A stretch of 64,000 bases of DNA from Vicugna vicugna. Its lineage: Eukaryota. Below the pieces are notes generated by a model. It saw nothing but the letters and a program-made list of their open reading frames with translations, was not told the origin of the DNA and did no database searches. Location: contig MU058844.1 in NCBI GenBank assembly GCA_013265495.1, positions 10,190,184 through 10,254,183 of the forward strand, read 5' to 3'. Below, piece by piece: positions 40,500 through 55,112 of this stretch. Both the position numbers and the translations under genes were made by a program. Position 1 is the first letter of the stretch. Each line of letters begins with the position of its first letter.

Positions 40500-41420
40500 A
40501 AAAAATGGACACATGTCTAAGAATAGACTCAAGAATGCTGAAGCCCAGAGTTACGTGAATTTTGTGAAAATATTTTTGAAGACAGTGAAGAAAGGGCTTT
40601 TAAGGGTTGTAAAATGGAGCAAGAATAGGAAGAAGGAAATAACTGATGGCACAGCATTTAATTTACATGTACATTTGTTTAAAATAGTCTTGTAGTCTAA
40701 CTGGCAAAATTCTAATATCCATTATTAAATAGATAGTTTTAGAAGAGATTATGCTGATCACTAGATGCCAGTTTGAGTTTTCTGAAAACAAGTTCTATGT
40801 TGACCTATCTTTACTTCCTTTTTTGACAGTTGGTAAGTTCAAATGAGGGAAATGTTGGAAACCTAGTGTAGCTTGATTTGTAGTAAAGAACTTGGACACG
40901 CTCTTGTTAGATCTTTGTGGTTAACATGACAAAAATCTGACGTGAATATTAGCAGGATTAGATGGATTAACCGCTGGATGAACCATCACATACACGGCAG
41001 CCTACTGATTAAATCACTCAGTGTCAACCCAGAGGGAAGACTAAAATAGTGGTCTGTGTGTTCTTAACCCTATCTTATTCAACGTTTTAGTAAATAAAAC
41101 TAGAAGTTGAGAGAGAACTTCAAAAGGCATGAGAGAGTAGTATGAATTTATTTAAACAATAAAATGAAAAGATAATAAGTATTCATGTAAAATTCTGTAT
41201 TAAAATACTGATGACTATATGTTGCTAGAGAGCATTTTTGGCAGACATGAGAAAAGGGTTACTGAAAGTTTAAAAGCAAGCCCTGCTTCTGATGACAGTA
41301 TAATCATTTTAAAATGAACTAATTCAATGTAAAGCTAAACTAGTATTCAGCCTAGATTTTTAAAAAATCTATTCCTCTATACTGTGAGATCACATCTGTA
41401 GAACTGTGTCTTGTTTTACA
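40500..41420 (+). mobile_element. Ancient CR1/L3 LINE, decayed reverse-transcriptase region
   Basis: Decayed segments follow CR1 RT motif order: QHGF..SCLTNL-like (~40770-40830), YLDFSKAFD-like (~40868-40900), WI.NWL-like (~40960-40985), LGPVLFN-like (~41060-41090) and RPHLEYCVQF-like (~41385-41418). Confidence 0.6.
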
Positions 41421-42329
41421 GTTTCAGATTTGTCTTCTGGTTCAGCAGATCTTGCCAATTATACCCTTCTTTTGATTACCCACCAGTGGAATGGTTTTGT
41501 ATAACAAAATTATTTCTACAGAGAAAAACCTGTATTCCAGTCCTTTTTCTAGAATTGTTAACAAATTTATACATAATTACACACACATTTGTAAATCTTC
41601 ATGTACCTTAAGACCCTCAAAATCATCAGCTCAACTATTTTCTTGTGAGTCCCTTGAAAATAAAAGGGAGTCAGTTTTCATAGCCACATAATTACCCATT
41701 GGTATTAGACCAACGACTAGTAGGAAAATGTTAAAAGGAATTCTTGTACATATTAGTTAGGATTCTTTGTTTTAAGTAAGAAAAGGCCATTGGAACTAGC
41801 CTAAATAAAGTACTTCACTGTAAGATTATATAGATATCTTACAGAATCTGGACTTCCGGAATGAGTCAGAGCCAGGAAGTATATGCAACCCAAGAAGTAG
41901 TCTAAGTTTCTCATCATTGTTTCTAACAAACCCATTTTATTCTTTTTTTTAACGTCAAACTAGATTTCTTGTTTTCCCAGTTCAGAAGGCAAAATAAAAG
42001 GCCAACAGCAATTTCAGAGTTTATATTCTGGTCTAGATATCCAGAGAGATTGATCTCCTTTTGAGTTCTAGTTCCAGATTCCCAGGAAAGGGACCACTTG
42101 ATCCAGCTTAGGTTATATATCATCTTAGGTCATCAGGAATAGCTGATGGAGCTGGGTCCCTTTGAACAAACATACCTATGCTGACTGTAATTCTAACTAA
42201 TGTATTCTGAGGAGATGAGGAAGACATAAAGCTAGAATTAATAAGTGAGTTCATAAAGAAGCAAATGATTGTATAAATAGACAGTCTATAAAAATCAAAA
42301 AGCATAAACAAATGTTAAATCTTGAATCA

Positions 42330-42995
42330 ACAGTTCTCATACTTTTTTGTTTCAGAATCCTCTTTATACTGTTAAAACTTGAGAACAGACTACACCAGCA
42401 AGTAGAACTGGGGAAATCTAAATAAGATAGATGGATAATGTCAGTGTCAAGGGTATCATATTACTCTATAGTTCTTGCAAAATTTTACCATTGAGAGAAA
42501 CTGAGTAAAAGAATATCTCTGTATTTCTTAGAACTACATGTGAATCTACAATTCTCTCAGTAAAATAATAATATTAAAAATTTTGTCTATTATTATTTTT
42601 TGTCCATTATTATTTTAATGTAAAAAAATGAAGAACCCAAAGATTTTTTGTTTCTGTTGGCTGTCTTTCAGTATTTAACAAATTAGAAAATAAAACTCAA
42701 AAAGCTTTAAAATATTTATTTATTTAAAAATAACATTATATGCCATTGTAAATAACATTTATGAAAGATAAGTATTTTACAAGTCAAAAAGTTTAATGAA
42801 GAGAGAGGCATTGTTTCATTTTTAAAATTTTAATGTCTTCCTTTATGGAAGATAAATGGATTCTCATAACTTTCTGCATCTAGTCTTTTGTTATTTCACA
42901 TATATAGCTTCTGAAAAACTCCACCATAAACTTATGAAAGAATAAGAGTATTAGCCTCACCAGACTTCCTGTAAAAATTTCGGAGAACCTCTGAG
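42330..42995. mobile_element. Charlie1-family hAT remnant with a nested L1 3' fragment (~42385-42600)
   Basis: 'gttctcatacttttttgtttcagaatcctctttatactgttaaaa' resumes as 'gaagaacccaaagatttttt...gaagagaggcattgttt...tggattctcata' and ends 'gagaacctctg'. Confidence 0.65.
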
Positions 42996-43009
42996 CTAAA
43001 TAAGTGAAG

Positions 43010-43820
43010 GCGTATACCATGTTCATGGTTTAGAAGATTGAATATTGTAAAGAAGTTAATTCTCCACAAGCCGTTCAAAGATTTAACACAAGCCCAACCA
43101 AAATTCCAGTTGTGTGTTTAGTGTGTATGAGAGAAATACCAAACTGATATATAAATGAAAAAGGCTATATATAGCCAGGTTAATCTTTAAGAATAAGAAG
43201 GTGAGAGACCTTAATTTACTCTGATGGAAAATAGATGGAACTCAGTCAACCCGTTCATATGGAAAAATTGTTAATCTTGACACCCTGAACTTTACACCAT
43301 ACACAAAAATCAATTCCAAATGGATTGTAGATCTAAATGTGAAATAAATAAATAATAGATATTGGGGAAAGTAACATTTGAGACTGTCTTTATAACCTTG
43401 AGTGGGAAAAAGATGTTTAAGCAGGACACAAAAATCATTAACCATAAAAGAAAAGACTGATTAATTGGACTACATTAAAATGAAGAATTTCTGTTCCTCA
43501 AAAGATAACATTAAGAGAAATAAGCTTCAGAATGGGAAGATATTTGTCATGTACAGTTAACATAGGACTTATATTCAAGTGTGTGTGTGTTAAACTACAA
43601 ATCAGTAAGAAAAAAATACAGTCAAGCACGTCACAAAAGAAAATGTTTGAATGATGATAAAGGTACAAAAAGTTTTTCAATGTCATTCATCAGAAAAATT
43701 CAAATTAAGACCACAATAAGGTGTTAGTATATATCAACCAGAATGGCTAAAATTAAAAAGACTGATAATATCAAATGCTAGGAAGGATGTGGAGAAACTA
43801 GAATTCTCATACACTAACTG
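43010..43820 (+). mobile_element. Old L1 ORF2 remnant
   Basis: Contains 'ccatgttcatggtttagaagattgaatattgtaaag', 'ccatacacaaaaatcaattccaaatggattgtagatctaaatgtgaaa' and 'ccagaatggctaaaattaaaaagactga'. Confidence 0.85.
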
Positions 43821-43938
43821 GTATAAGAAATATGTAAGATTTCAAATGAATTCAAGTACTTTAAAAATTCTCTCTCTTGCTAAGTTAGACATGTATAATA
43901 CCAATGGAAATATTTACTCTGGATTAATACACCTTGTA

Positions 43939-44153
43939 CTGGGATTTCAAAATTGTAGAATAGATAAACAAGGTTACACTGTATAGCACAGGGAAATATA
44001 CACAAAATGTTATGATAACTCACAGAAAAAAAAATGTGACAATGAGTGTGTATATGTCCATGAATGACTGAAAAATTGTGCTGAACACTGGAATTTGACA
44101 CAACATTGTAAAATGATTATAAATCAATAAAAAATGTTAAAAAAAAAAAAGAA
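43939..44153 (+). mobile_element. Young, severely 5'-truncated L1 with poly(A) and a perfect 13-bp TSD
   Basis: TSD AATACACCTTGTA at 43926-43938 and 44154-44166. AATAAA precedes a pure A tail. Confidence 0.92.
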
Positions 44154-46214
44154 AATACACCTTGTAAAGCTAAAATTTCCCAACAGACTACTGAGGCTCC
44201 TTGTTAAACTGGTTCATTCAGAACTGTTAGAATTTATATTTATAGAGGGTATAGATTCTCTTATACTTATTAGTTGGTGATTGAACTCAGTGTTTCATGA
44301 ATTTAAGTTGTATTTGTTGAGTGCTGTGTGTGTTCCTGGCTAGGAGCTGAGGAATACAGACAGGACTTTGCTCATTAATCAAATAATGTGTGCAAGTTGT
44401 GTTGAGTATTTTGAAGGAAAAGCATAAAATATTGTATATGTCGATTATATTATAGTTAAAATGAATAATAAAATATTACAAGGGAATGAAAGGCTTTGAG
44501 AGTTTGGCTGGGATCTCTGTGGAAGTGAGGATTGAACTGTGAACTGAAGGATGAACTGGAGTTGGTAGAGGGTGAAGAGGTAGGTTCTTGCTGGTAGGAG
44601 GTTGAGAAATAGGTTCTGGCCAAAGAAAACATACAAAAGTCCTTCATCGGAAGGATGGAGTGAGCAGGGCTTGCTGGATGAACTAGAAGTGTGACTAAAG
44701 CACGTGGATGAGGTGCCACACGAGGTATAAAGAGTTAGGTAGAGGTCAGATCTAGTAACCTGGGAAGCCCTGTTAAGACAATTTCATGCTGAGAGCTCTA
44801 GAAGTGCATTGGAGAATTTTAATTGCCTTAATGTAATCAGATTTTCATTTTTTTCAGAGACAACTGCTGCCTATAGAAAAAATCGGGGTACGGACGAGTA
44901 GGGAAGAGGGAGTTCTACCAGGGGACCAATTCCAGAGAATATTACAATAGTTTAGACAAGAGATCTTTTCTCAGATGTGTCTTCAATTGAACACGTGCAT
45001 TTTATAAGATGTTAAAAGGCATGCTAAGGGGAAAAGAGTGTAAGAATTCTGTGGTCACTTTGAGATGATTCATAGAACAGGGATAATCAGATTTTGCTAG
45101 AATTTTTCATAGTCTTCAAAATGTCCTGAAGGAGGTGAGTAAGGAAGGAACTGAACCTAAGTGGTCTGAAGGAGGTTTAGTTTTAGGTTTAGTTTTAGTC
45201 TGTGTAGAAAGGTTGGGAGGATGGTTGGTGGCAAGCCCAGAAGTATAGACTCAATGTATAAGTTGGTAAAGAATTTGTAACACTGGAGTGAATTAAGGTG
45301 TACTGTAGGAGAATTAATGTGATGGTTATGGAAAGTAGCAGCTTAGAAGACATTTTAGTAGTTCAGCTCTGAAATGAAAACATTCCTTCCAGTCTTCCTT
45401 TGACTTTATTTGGGGCAGTAAGTTTCCTATTTACTGAAAGAGTTGGTTTTTGGATCAATATTTTATAATTTTTATTTTCTAGAATTATGTGCTGAAGTTA
45501 CAAAGCGATTTTTATTAGAAGTTATAAGAAGTTAGGAATTGATACTTTTTTTCTGCTTTCCCTTTTCACGTCAGTAATGTTAATTTTCTTAGCCATTAGC
45601 TACATTCTGTGCTTTAATAGAATTTCATATACTTAATACTAAGTTGAGAACTTTTTAAATAATTTGAACTGTTTTCATCTTTGTACAGTGGCTAACCCTC
45701 GAAATTGGAGGGTTTTTTTAAATTTGTATGTTCTAGTAATTCATTAACTCTGATTTTTTTAGGAGTGAAATTCATAGTGTAATAAATAAGATATAAGACA
45801 TTTTAATTTTGTGTAACTCTTAAAAGATCAGCAAAGTAATTAATGGTGACTATATTTTGAAACATACTTTTAAGATTCATTTGAATTAGCTGTCAGTTAC
45901 ACCATGCAGTTCTGTTTGAGTTGGGTATTTTCACATAGGCCCTTCTCTTACCCAATAAACTCCTCTCTTTACTCCCACCCAAATGATAAATATGATTTGT
46001 TGCCAGTTTACAAAATGATTCCTCCCCTTTTTATTGTGAGAATAATATGGTATTAAGTAGAGGCCATGATTAGGGCATAGAACTTTTGGTTTATAACAGG
46101 TTCTTATAATAAGCATGAGAATTTATAAGTCTCCATCTTCAGAGGGACCTATTTCATTGGAATAATAAATAATAAACACATATAATAATGTTTAACTTTA
46201 CAATAGACACAGTT

Positions 46215-46410
46215 TTAGGCAGTTATATTGTCTCACAACAATCATGTGAGATAAATATTTTTATTCTTATTTTCTCATTATACCAGTGAAGAAAATGAGA
46301 TATGGTTGTGACTACAAGGTCACAACAAAGCTTATAAATAGCACAGCTGGGAGTTAAATCTAGGCAGTTTGACTCAACATTGTTCTCTTAAACACTATGT
46401 TACAGTGTTT
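46215..46410 (-). mobile_element. MIR SINE remnant
   Basis: Contains 'tctcacaacaatcatgtgagataaatatt...aaggtcaca...aaatctaggcagtttgactc'. Confidence 0.6.
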
Positions 46411-49400
46411 CTGAGCTACTGGAATCACGAGAGTCTACCCCTGTTGGTATCCCGAGGAATCCCTGGGGCTACTTTAGGTCAGCAGATAGGCAAGAGCATA
46501 TCTGATAGATCAGTTATTTTCTAAAGCTATACCAGTGGGGTGTTCCAAGAAACTCCCGATATATAGCCAGGGAGCATGAAGCTTTGCTTTTGCCAGCTGA
46601 CATGCTCTTCTGTCCCAGAGCTTACTGTTTATGATTGTAGGTACTATTAGACAAGAAATTAGGACCCTGACTGATATGGGTATGGTTAGTTTTTGAATTG
46701 TCAGTCCTCGGTTCTAAATACCTCTTACCTGAAAAATGTTAACTGAACATCTGATGACTTAAGTGTAACACACAGCTAGCAGGTCATTAGTCTTACATTA
46801 ATATTTTATGCTTCCATTAAGTTCTTTAAAATGTTTGTCAGAAGACTTTGTGTAAAAAGCCTTATTAAATGCTTTTGTTTCATTTTCAATTTACATATAT
46901 GGAACCATATACCTGCTTTTCTGCTAGCTTCTTCTCTTGTAATAAGTCATTTTTTCCATTACTAAAAGCTTGTTTGTTTTCATTGGATAATCTGATTCCA
47001 AGTTTAGAACTTCTACGTTTTACAGGACTGTGGATGACAGGGAGATAAAAAACGAAAAGACTACAAGAAAAGCAGTTACTAGTTTCAGCAGAAAATTCAA
47101 AGGCATCTGGTTTTTTCTATTATTAACTGTTCTCTTCCTATTTTGGAATAAAAGTAAAACCAGAGCCTAGTTTAGGTATGGTGGTTATCATTGATACTTA
47201 CAGTGTACTGGAAGCATTATGCTCTTTCAAGAGTTGAAATAATTAAACAATGCTTTGGATCATCACCTTGTTTTAAAAAGAAGTGAATTTTTAGGAAAGA
47301 TTCAGCACTTTAAAATTTTACAGTGTCTTGCGGAGTAATTAACATTATTCAAAAAAAGCTTTATATAGGTAAAATGAATTTATGAGTTAGTATCCTAACT
47401 AAACATTCCCAGTCCCAGAGACGTATTTGTATGAAGAAATCTTCTATTCTTTCAGAAATGTATTGTAGCAAACAGTCTGATTGCTCCGTAGGCTAATAAT
47501 GGTGATCACTCCATTTAGAATACTGTGAAGACTTATTGACTTATATATCATAGAGTATAGCAGTCTTCTAATTTTTAAAGAAAATAGATTTACTGTAATA
47601 CACAGTAATAAAATTAGGTTAAGGCCACCATTAATGAAAGTAGGTAATAGTAGAATGAATTTTCATCTTCCTTTGAAGGTGCTTGCTCTATTTACCAATT
47701 TCTCCTTTCATCCCCTCCCAAGGAAATATTCTATACTTTAAATTTTTCGTTTTATTCTGTTTGACTTTTTTTTTAACTTAATCTTTTTATTAGTATAAGC
47801 TAAATATCTTTGGACATTCAAAATTTTTTCCCCAATTTTGACAGTCAGGTTTACATTCTTAGTAGTCTTTGAAAGCCAAACTGTGTTTATCATAAATGAA
47901 AAATCATGAGCAACGTGTTCCAGTAGAACTAAGACAGGGATTAGGACTTGTCTTAATATTCTCTTAGGTTAATTGGGAAATTTATCAAAAGATATTTTAC
48001 TTCTCTTTTTTATCTTTTTCACAAGAGCTGTCTTCTAGAAGGTGGCTGCACTCCTCCCATCTGCCTCTCTCTTTTACTAATATACATACCTTAGAGAGCT
48101 TAGGTGAGAAGAGCCAGAGAATTATTATAACCTATATTTATGTATTAATGAAGTACATTTTAAACTTCAATTATGCATGAATAAAAAGAAACTTAGACAA
48201 TTCATGAAGTATAATCAATCTTATATACAATAAGCAATGAATAGCAAACTAACTTTTTTCTGTTGATATTTGCTAAATGTTCAAGTTTTTAGTCTTTTTC
48301 TTTTTAATTGTTACATACAAGCCCTATAGAAAACTTGGAAAATACTAAAGAATGAAAAAGAAAGAAGTGAACAAGAGAGAAAAGAAAGAAAATTAGTAGT
48401 TCCTTTACTCTATGTTAATAAATTTGTATATGACCTTTCAGTCCCTCTACCTTGCATTGGTATGTTTCTGTGTTTATGTATATTTTTTATATAGTGTTGT
48501 ACTATAAATATAGTTTTTTATCCTACTTATCATATAGCTAATTTTTCTTAATTTTACCTTTGAATAATATTTATTTGGATGTTTACAATTCTCTTAACCA
48601 TTCCAATTCTGTATAGGTTTCCATTATTCATAGCTCTGTTATTCACTCATTTATTCATTCATTCAGACAGCAAATACTGTATGCTTAGTCTAGCACTCAT
48701 ATTTTAATAAGTATTTTAATGTGTTGGAATTTCAATGAATGTGTAGGAATTTGAATGTGTAGGAATTTCAATGAAAGTAGGATGATTTCTTAAGCATCGA
48801 TTCTCAGAACTGAGTATTCTGGATCAAAATGAAGTAATATTTTAAACCACTTATTATAAGCATTACCAGATTGCTCCCAAAGGGTTGCACCAATCTAATT
48901 GCCCACTTGAAACGAAAGTCTATTTTACTCTAGCCTCAGTTGTGCTATACACATATCATCAGCCCCTTTGAGTTTAGAGATATTGATCATTTTTAGCATC
49001 TCAATATATTACAGATAGTGTAAATTTTAAAAATACATGTGATGAAGTCCTTTTCATAATTATTTCAGTGGTTTCTTCAACAGAAAATGCTTGATTCAAA
49101 ATCATAATTAAAAACCATGCACAAGAATTAGGAATGAAGCAAAAACTTCATGTACAAACAAAATGTGTTTAATTGGAAAGATGGTTATAATACCAGATAA
49201 CAAATAATGAGTCAGATTTAACACTGCAAGTATAGAGAAGGTAGCTGGGAAGAACACTGGTTCTCTCTTAGGGTTAAATCTTTCCTGTGCCACTTTTTAG
49301 CTCTCTGTTCTTATATAATCTCTCTGATCTTGTTTCCCTTTTTGTAAAATGTGGATGATGTAAGCCTATAAAATGATTGCCAGAAAAGACAGGGAAGAAG

Positions 49401-52400
49401 ATTTGGAATACACAGGTACTGTATGCCTCCCCTTAAGGAAAAAAGAAAAGGAAAAGAAAAACAGGTTCTAGAATAGGATATTTGAACGACTTTTCTTCAT
49501 GTAGCTCCAGCACTTAACTATCGTTACCATTCATGTATATTACTAAGCTCTAATGATGCTATCTTTAGATTAGTGGGCTTTTCAATTTTATTTTGTTAGA
49601 ATATTTACACAGAAATTTGTAGAATGGCCTGTAAAAAATTGTTTGACAACTTTTTAAGTATACCAAGCAGAAATACAATAGCTGTACTAATAGCGTGAAT
49701 AGAATTAGTGAAGAAAGGTTATTTTGGTAACATGGCAGCTGAGAGAAAGATTAGCCAAGCCATCTGTGAACTGAATTACACTATAATGTGTTAAAGTGGA
49801 TTTTCAAACATGAATTTTGCTATTTTAGGTTTTGAAAATGTTTTTGTATTTGTATTTGAACTTAACTTTTGTGTAGTCTTGATATTCACTTTAAGGCAAG
49901 TGAAGATGCTTCAGTGTGTCTGAAAAAATTAAACAGTAGTTCTTTTCTCACCTTGCTTTCTGCTTTACCTCTAGGCCATACTTGTTTGGCCCTTGTAAGC
50001 ACCTAGAGCTATTTACTTTTCAAAAAAAACTGAACATGAAGCAAGTGAAATCTGCAGATATTTTCAAGTTTATTAAACAGAAATTGCTTTATAAAATGTT
50101 GTATTGTAGTGTGGTGTAAGTGTTGTAGAACTTCTCCCACTGGAGTCCTGTCCTCTTCAGAGTCTATTAAGTAAGGATAATAATATTCTGCAGGAGGGTT
50201 CTGGGAGGATGAAATTAGGTGGTATATGTGGAAGTACCGAAGCACAAATAGAAAATACTTACCTTTGAGTTTATATTTATTTGGGGTACAGAATGAATGT
50301 ATCTGATATCACTTTAGTCATTTAGAACATTTTCTCTGTTTAATTAAGCACTACATATAAATGGTACCATTTTATTATAGTTCAACAGAATTGGAAGGAA
50401 AAGGGAAAAACTTTTACATAAAGGTAATTACTTTCCTGTTTGTACGTGATACACACCATCAGGTTTTCAGGGGGGAAAAAATCTAATGTGGTTAGAGGTG
50501 GGGCACAGTTACTGAGTAGAGGTGAAAGTGCGTCAGCTAGACAGTAATAGATGTGTAGTGTGGTTTTACAGGCATTCTTTTGAAGAGCTGTGAATTCATG
50601 ATTGTAATTATATTTACCTTCATTTTCTTAAAAGAATTTATTGTAATAAGCAAAAAGGATAAAATATAGCTATATGCATAATACTAGAAAGCAAGAAATG
50701 GACTTAAATTATCAAGATCCACATTGTAGTATTTAGAATAATACAAAAATTTATGTTCTTCTTGATTGGCATTTTGGTAGAGCCAGTTAAAAATGACTTT
50801 ATAAGGTTAACAGCTTGGATACAAGAGTTTCCAGAAAAAGAGTAAGTTATTTTGAAAGTTTAGCATTCATTTTTTCTCTCTGAAAACCATCTTTTTCGTA
50901 TCAGTTAACTACTTGTTATACTGAATTTTATAATTTTAGAGTGACAATCTCATACTGGTTTTTTTTTTCCAATTTGAGAATCAAAGATTTCAGAAACCTA
51001 ACATTTGCTAGAAAAGTTGGATCAATTGTGAGAAATAGATGAAATGCTAAATGTATAAAAATGATATATAAAATGCAACACTAATAAAAAGGCTGAAGAG
51101 AAAATGTCAAATTTTCACCTTAAACATTGGTACTGATATTATCAGTAACAGTTGAAGCTCAAAGGAAATGGTGCCTTTTGTTAGAGAACACTTATTATAG
51201 ACTTGAAATTCAAATCTGCCTTCAATTTTATATCTCTCTTAAAGGAATTGTCAGGTGTATAAAGTAGTTGACACTCTATCCAAGTTGAACAAAGTTGTTA
51301 AGGAATAAGATCCTAAATCCTTAACACGACCTATTAGGATCAGCTGACTTTTGTAGTTTGTCCATATTCTAGCTACACTTCCTTCAGACCCTTAGATCTC
51401 AAAGCTCTTTCATACCTCCAACCCCTGTATTTTTCTCCTTTGCCTGGGTCAATCTCTCCACCTATTGGCTAACTCCTATTCGTTAAACTTTGTGACTTCC
51501 CTTCGCTGACTCTGTCGTACTCTCCTCAAACCTGTCTTTCCCTGTTAGCAGCTTGTTCTCTCATACCTCTTCTCTTAGGGTGTAATTATACATTTACATG
51601 TTTGTTTATTTATCTACTGGTGAAGCCCAAGCATTTTATAGTACCTGGCTCATGGTGAAGTCTCAATAAATAATTGTTGAATGATAAAATTTTAAAATTC
51701 ACTAGCTTCTCTTTGGATATAAATCCAATTTTTACTTCTTCCCTTTTTTACTTTTGTTCTTTTTTTTGTCAGATTTGGATAGTAAATAACTGTTAATATT
51801 ACTGCTTAATAATATTTACCTTTAAGAAATCTATGCAATTGTCCTACACGTGTTTTTGGGTTTTTTTGGTAACAGCTTCAAAAAGTGAAAAGCAAGTTAA
51901 AGCAAGCTTACTTTTTTTCCTCTTCAAGAGAAATGAAAACATATGGTCACACAAAAACCCGTATACAAATTTTATAGTGGTTTTATAATCATTAAAAACT
52001 GGAAACAAATATCCTTCAGCTGTCATGTCTAGAACCCAGATGTCCTTCAGTAACTATGGTAACCCTCCTGAAGATGATCAAGTTGTTCTAGAGAAAGCTG
52101 ACTCTGGAGCATGACTGCTAGTGAGTTTTTTCCTTCCGAGATGACCTGTTTTTCTGGCTCATGTGATTAGATATCTCAAGCAATTACTTCTGCCAAGAAG
52201 CTTTCCTCACTTGTTCTGATCTAGAGCCCTCTTGTGTGTTGTCCTTGAACTCTTGCGTATTTTTATAACAGTTCTATAATTGTTTATTTACTTGACTATT
52301 TCTTCCGCTAAAATACAAGTTCCTTAATTTTGTCTTTGTAGCCCTGGCACCTAACATAGTACATAGAATACTGATTGCTAGATAGTCAGGAAATGTTTAA

Positions 52401-53439
52401 TGGTATGAAGAATTCTTTTCACATCGATCGATTTCAAAGACTTCATCTTAGGGCTTTGAATAGAAGTGGACATTTGGAAATTGCTCTCCCTATTTTATTT
52501 AGTGAATAGATAAAACAAGTTGAGTGGTTAAATTAAGGTTTTTAGTAGGTGGACAGTCCTTCTATACTGTGGAACAGTTTCACTGATGCCAGCTTGATTT
52601 GGTACAGCTGCACAGGCTGTTCAGGAGCCACCTTCTTTCTGTAAAATTCAGTATGTATGCTTCCTGGAGTTGTATATTTTAAGTTAAAGAAAATTGTCAT
52701 TCCAGATTGTGTGAAGATACACTTTGGAAAATGTTTTAAAATCCCAGACAGAAGCTTAAATCTGTATCTGAAAGGATATGTTCCTGGGTATTATGGCTTA
52801 AAGCTGTTAAAACTGTAGCTGTAAGAAGCTTTGTTGTTCATTATTTTAAGTTCACTGCCATTAATTTAAAGGCACATTTGTAGAAACACATGTGTATTCA
52901 ACAAATATTTGTGTGCCTATTATATGGTAGGCACTATTCTAGACACTATGACACATCAATGAACAAAGTAGACAAAAATTCCCTTATTTGTGGAGTTTTC
53001 ATGGAGCTTACATTGTATTTCTGTATGTTTCATATACATTTGTCTAGATATGACACTCTTGTAGGAGAAACAGCATAATAAATGGTTTTAAGGTTGTTTC
53101 CTATTTTAGCAGAGGACTACAATAAAACTGGAGGAGAGCTACCAACCCTTGATTGTCTGTAGCTCCATTTCACAGATGTGCCTTTTGGATTTTTTCTCCA
53201 TTGCTTATCCAGAACAGGAAGGACAAATACATTTTAATAAGCAGTTTAATTAAACTGATATGTATTGTCTCAGCATGTGCAAAGCACTCTGTTATAAACA
53301 TTGTAGGGGGAGAAAGAGCTAACACAACTTACAACTTCAAGAAGTGTGTATATAACCAGTACCATGCAGGACAAGATGAAAGGTGCAAACACCATACCAG
53401 TTATATTTAGAAAAGGGGGGTGTTACACCAGCCAGTGGC

Positions 53440-53790
53440 TAAATTAAAAAAAAAAATCATCAGAAGTTGATGAGAATGCAGAGATGTAAATTAGTACAGT
53501 TACTTTGGGAAAATGTTCATGAGTTTCTTATAAAAGTAAACATACACCTGCCTAGAAATTCTAATGTTTACCAAGGGAAATGAAAACTTATATTGTAAAA
53601 AGACTAGTACCAGAATGTTCATAGCAGCGTTATTCTTAATAGTTGAAAACTGGGAACAGCACAGGTATTCATCAGTAGAGCAGTGAATAAATTATGATAC
53701 AGCCATACAAGGGAATCATCACTTGGCAATAAAAAGGATAAACCACTGATAGCTGAGCTATATGAATGAATCTCATAAACATTTTGCTTA
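53440..53790 (+). mobile_element. Old L1 (L1ME/MD-like) fragment
   Basis: Contains 'agaatgttcatagcagcgttattcttaatagttgaaaactggga' and 'atgaatgaatctcataaacattttgct'. Confidence 0.7.
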
Positions 53791-55112
53791 ACGAAGCCTT
53801 TCGTATAATAAGGATCTCAACAAGAACGTCTAGATTCTTGAGTCTTCATTGTGAAGATAATCTAAAATTTACGAGCATGGGTAGCTAGAAAGACAGGTAG
53901 ACAGATAGATGACTGTTTCACGACTGACTACTCCTTCTTAGTTTCAGTTGCATAAATTTGCAATTGTGCTGGAGTTGATGCCAAATATAACAGATTTAAC
54001 TGTGAGAGACAAGTGAGGAATGACCAGGATGAATTTAGTGAAAATGTCACGTTTGCAACTGGCTGGGAGTAAATTTCTAGCCAGATGACATCACAGACCC
54101 CCTTACAAACTAAAGAAAAAATGGTGAAAAAATTTGTAAATATGTTTAGATTTGTATATGTTCTAAGGCATGCATAAAGGCCTAAGTTTATGTTAGTAGC
54201 TATTTAAATAACTTAATAAAAGTAGTATCAGTCAATTTTAGGAAAGTTTGTGGGATTTTTTTTCCTTTTAGACGGATCCCTTTTTATTACTCATATTTGA
54301 GAAATATTGTACAGAATAAATGTAGTCTTAGCCTGGTTTATCTGGCCAGCCACAGCCTCCTTCTCTCATCTCTGCTTAATTCTCCCTAATCATCCCTTCT
54401 TGCACTTTATGATGCTTCAGCAGTACCAAAAGCTCTCTATCTATACTCTGTTCCCCACGTTTTAGAAAAATTGTTTTAGCCTTCACAGTTTCATTGTTCT
54501 TAAAGACACATACTCCTAGAAGCCCTGATTCTTTCCTAGACTATTCCTGCCTTCTGAGTTCTTACAAAACAGGGACTTGCCATATTAAAGATCATCTTAT
54601 TTCCTCCTATTTGGCTCCCCAGTAAGATCATATATTTCATAACAGATCTGTGTCAATCATGATTCATCTTTTTATGACCAGCATATTGTACCCAATAAAT
54701 GATAGGTGTTCAATAGTTATTGAAAAGATCTGAATTGTGCGCCGGTGCTGGTAAGGGGTATTAAATTTTAAGTCCAGAAATTGGTTTTGGTCTTCTGAAA
54801 GATATTTTCTGAAAGAAGAAGTGTATTACTGTGACTGAAAAAAAGAGCTTTTGGGGTTTACTTTCATGTCTTATTTATATAATCTGTTCTCTTTTTAACA
54901 TGAAATAGCTTTATCAGAAAAGACTCCCATTTGTATCAGGCATGACTGTTCCACTGAGCTTTACACGTTCCTAAGTTTTGTGAAGTGAAGTACTGTCTTT
55001 TTTGTTGTTGTTTTAGAATTCTTGAAAATTAAATCACAAAGTAAGTTATCAGGATACCTTATTATTCTAAAGACATGAGTGTGCAAAGTTTGTAAATAAA
55101 ATATAAATAATA

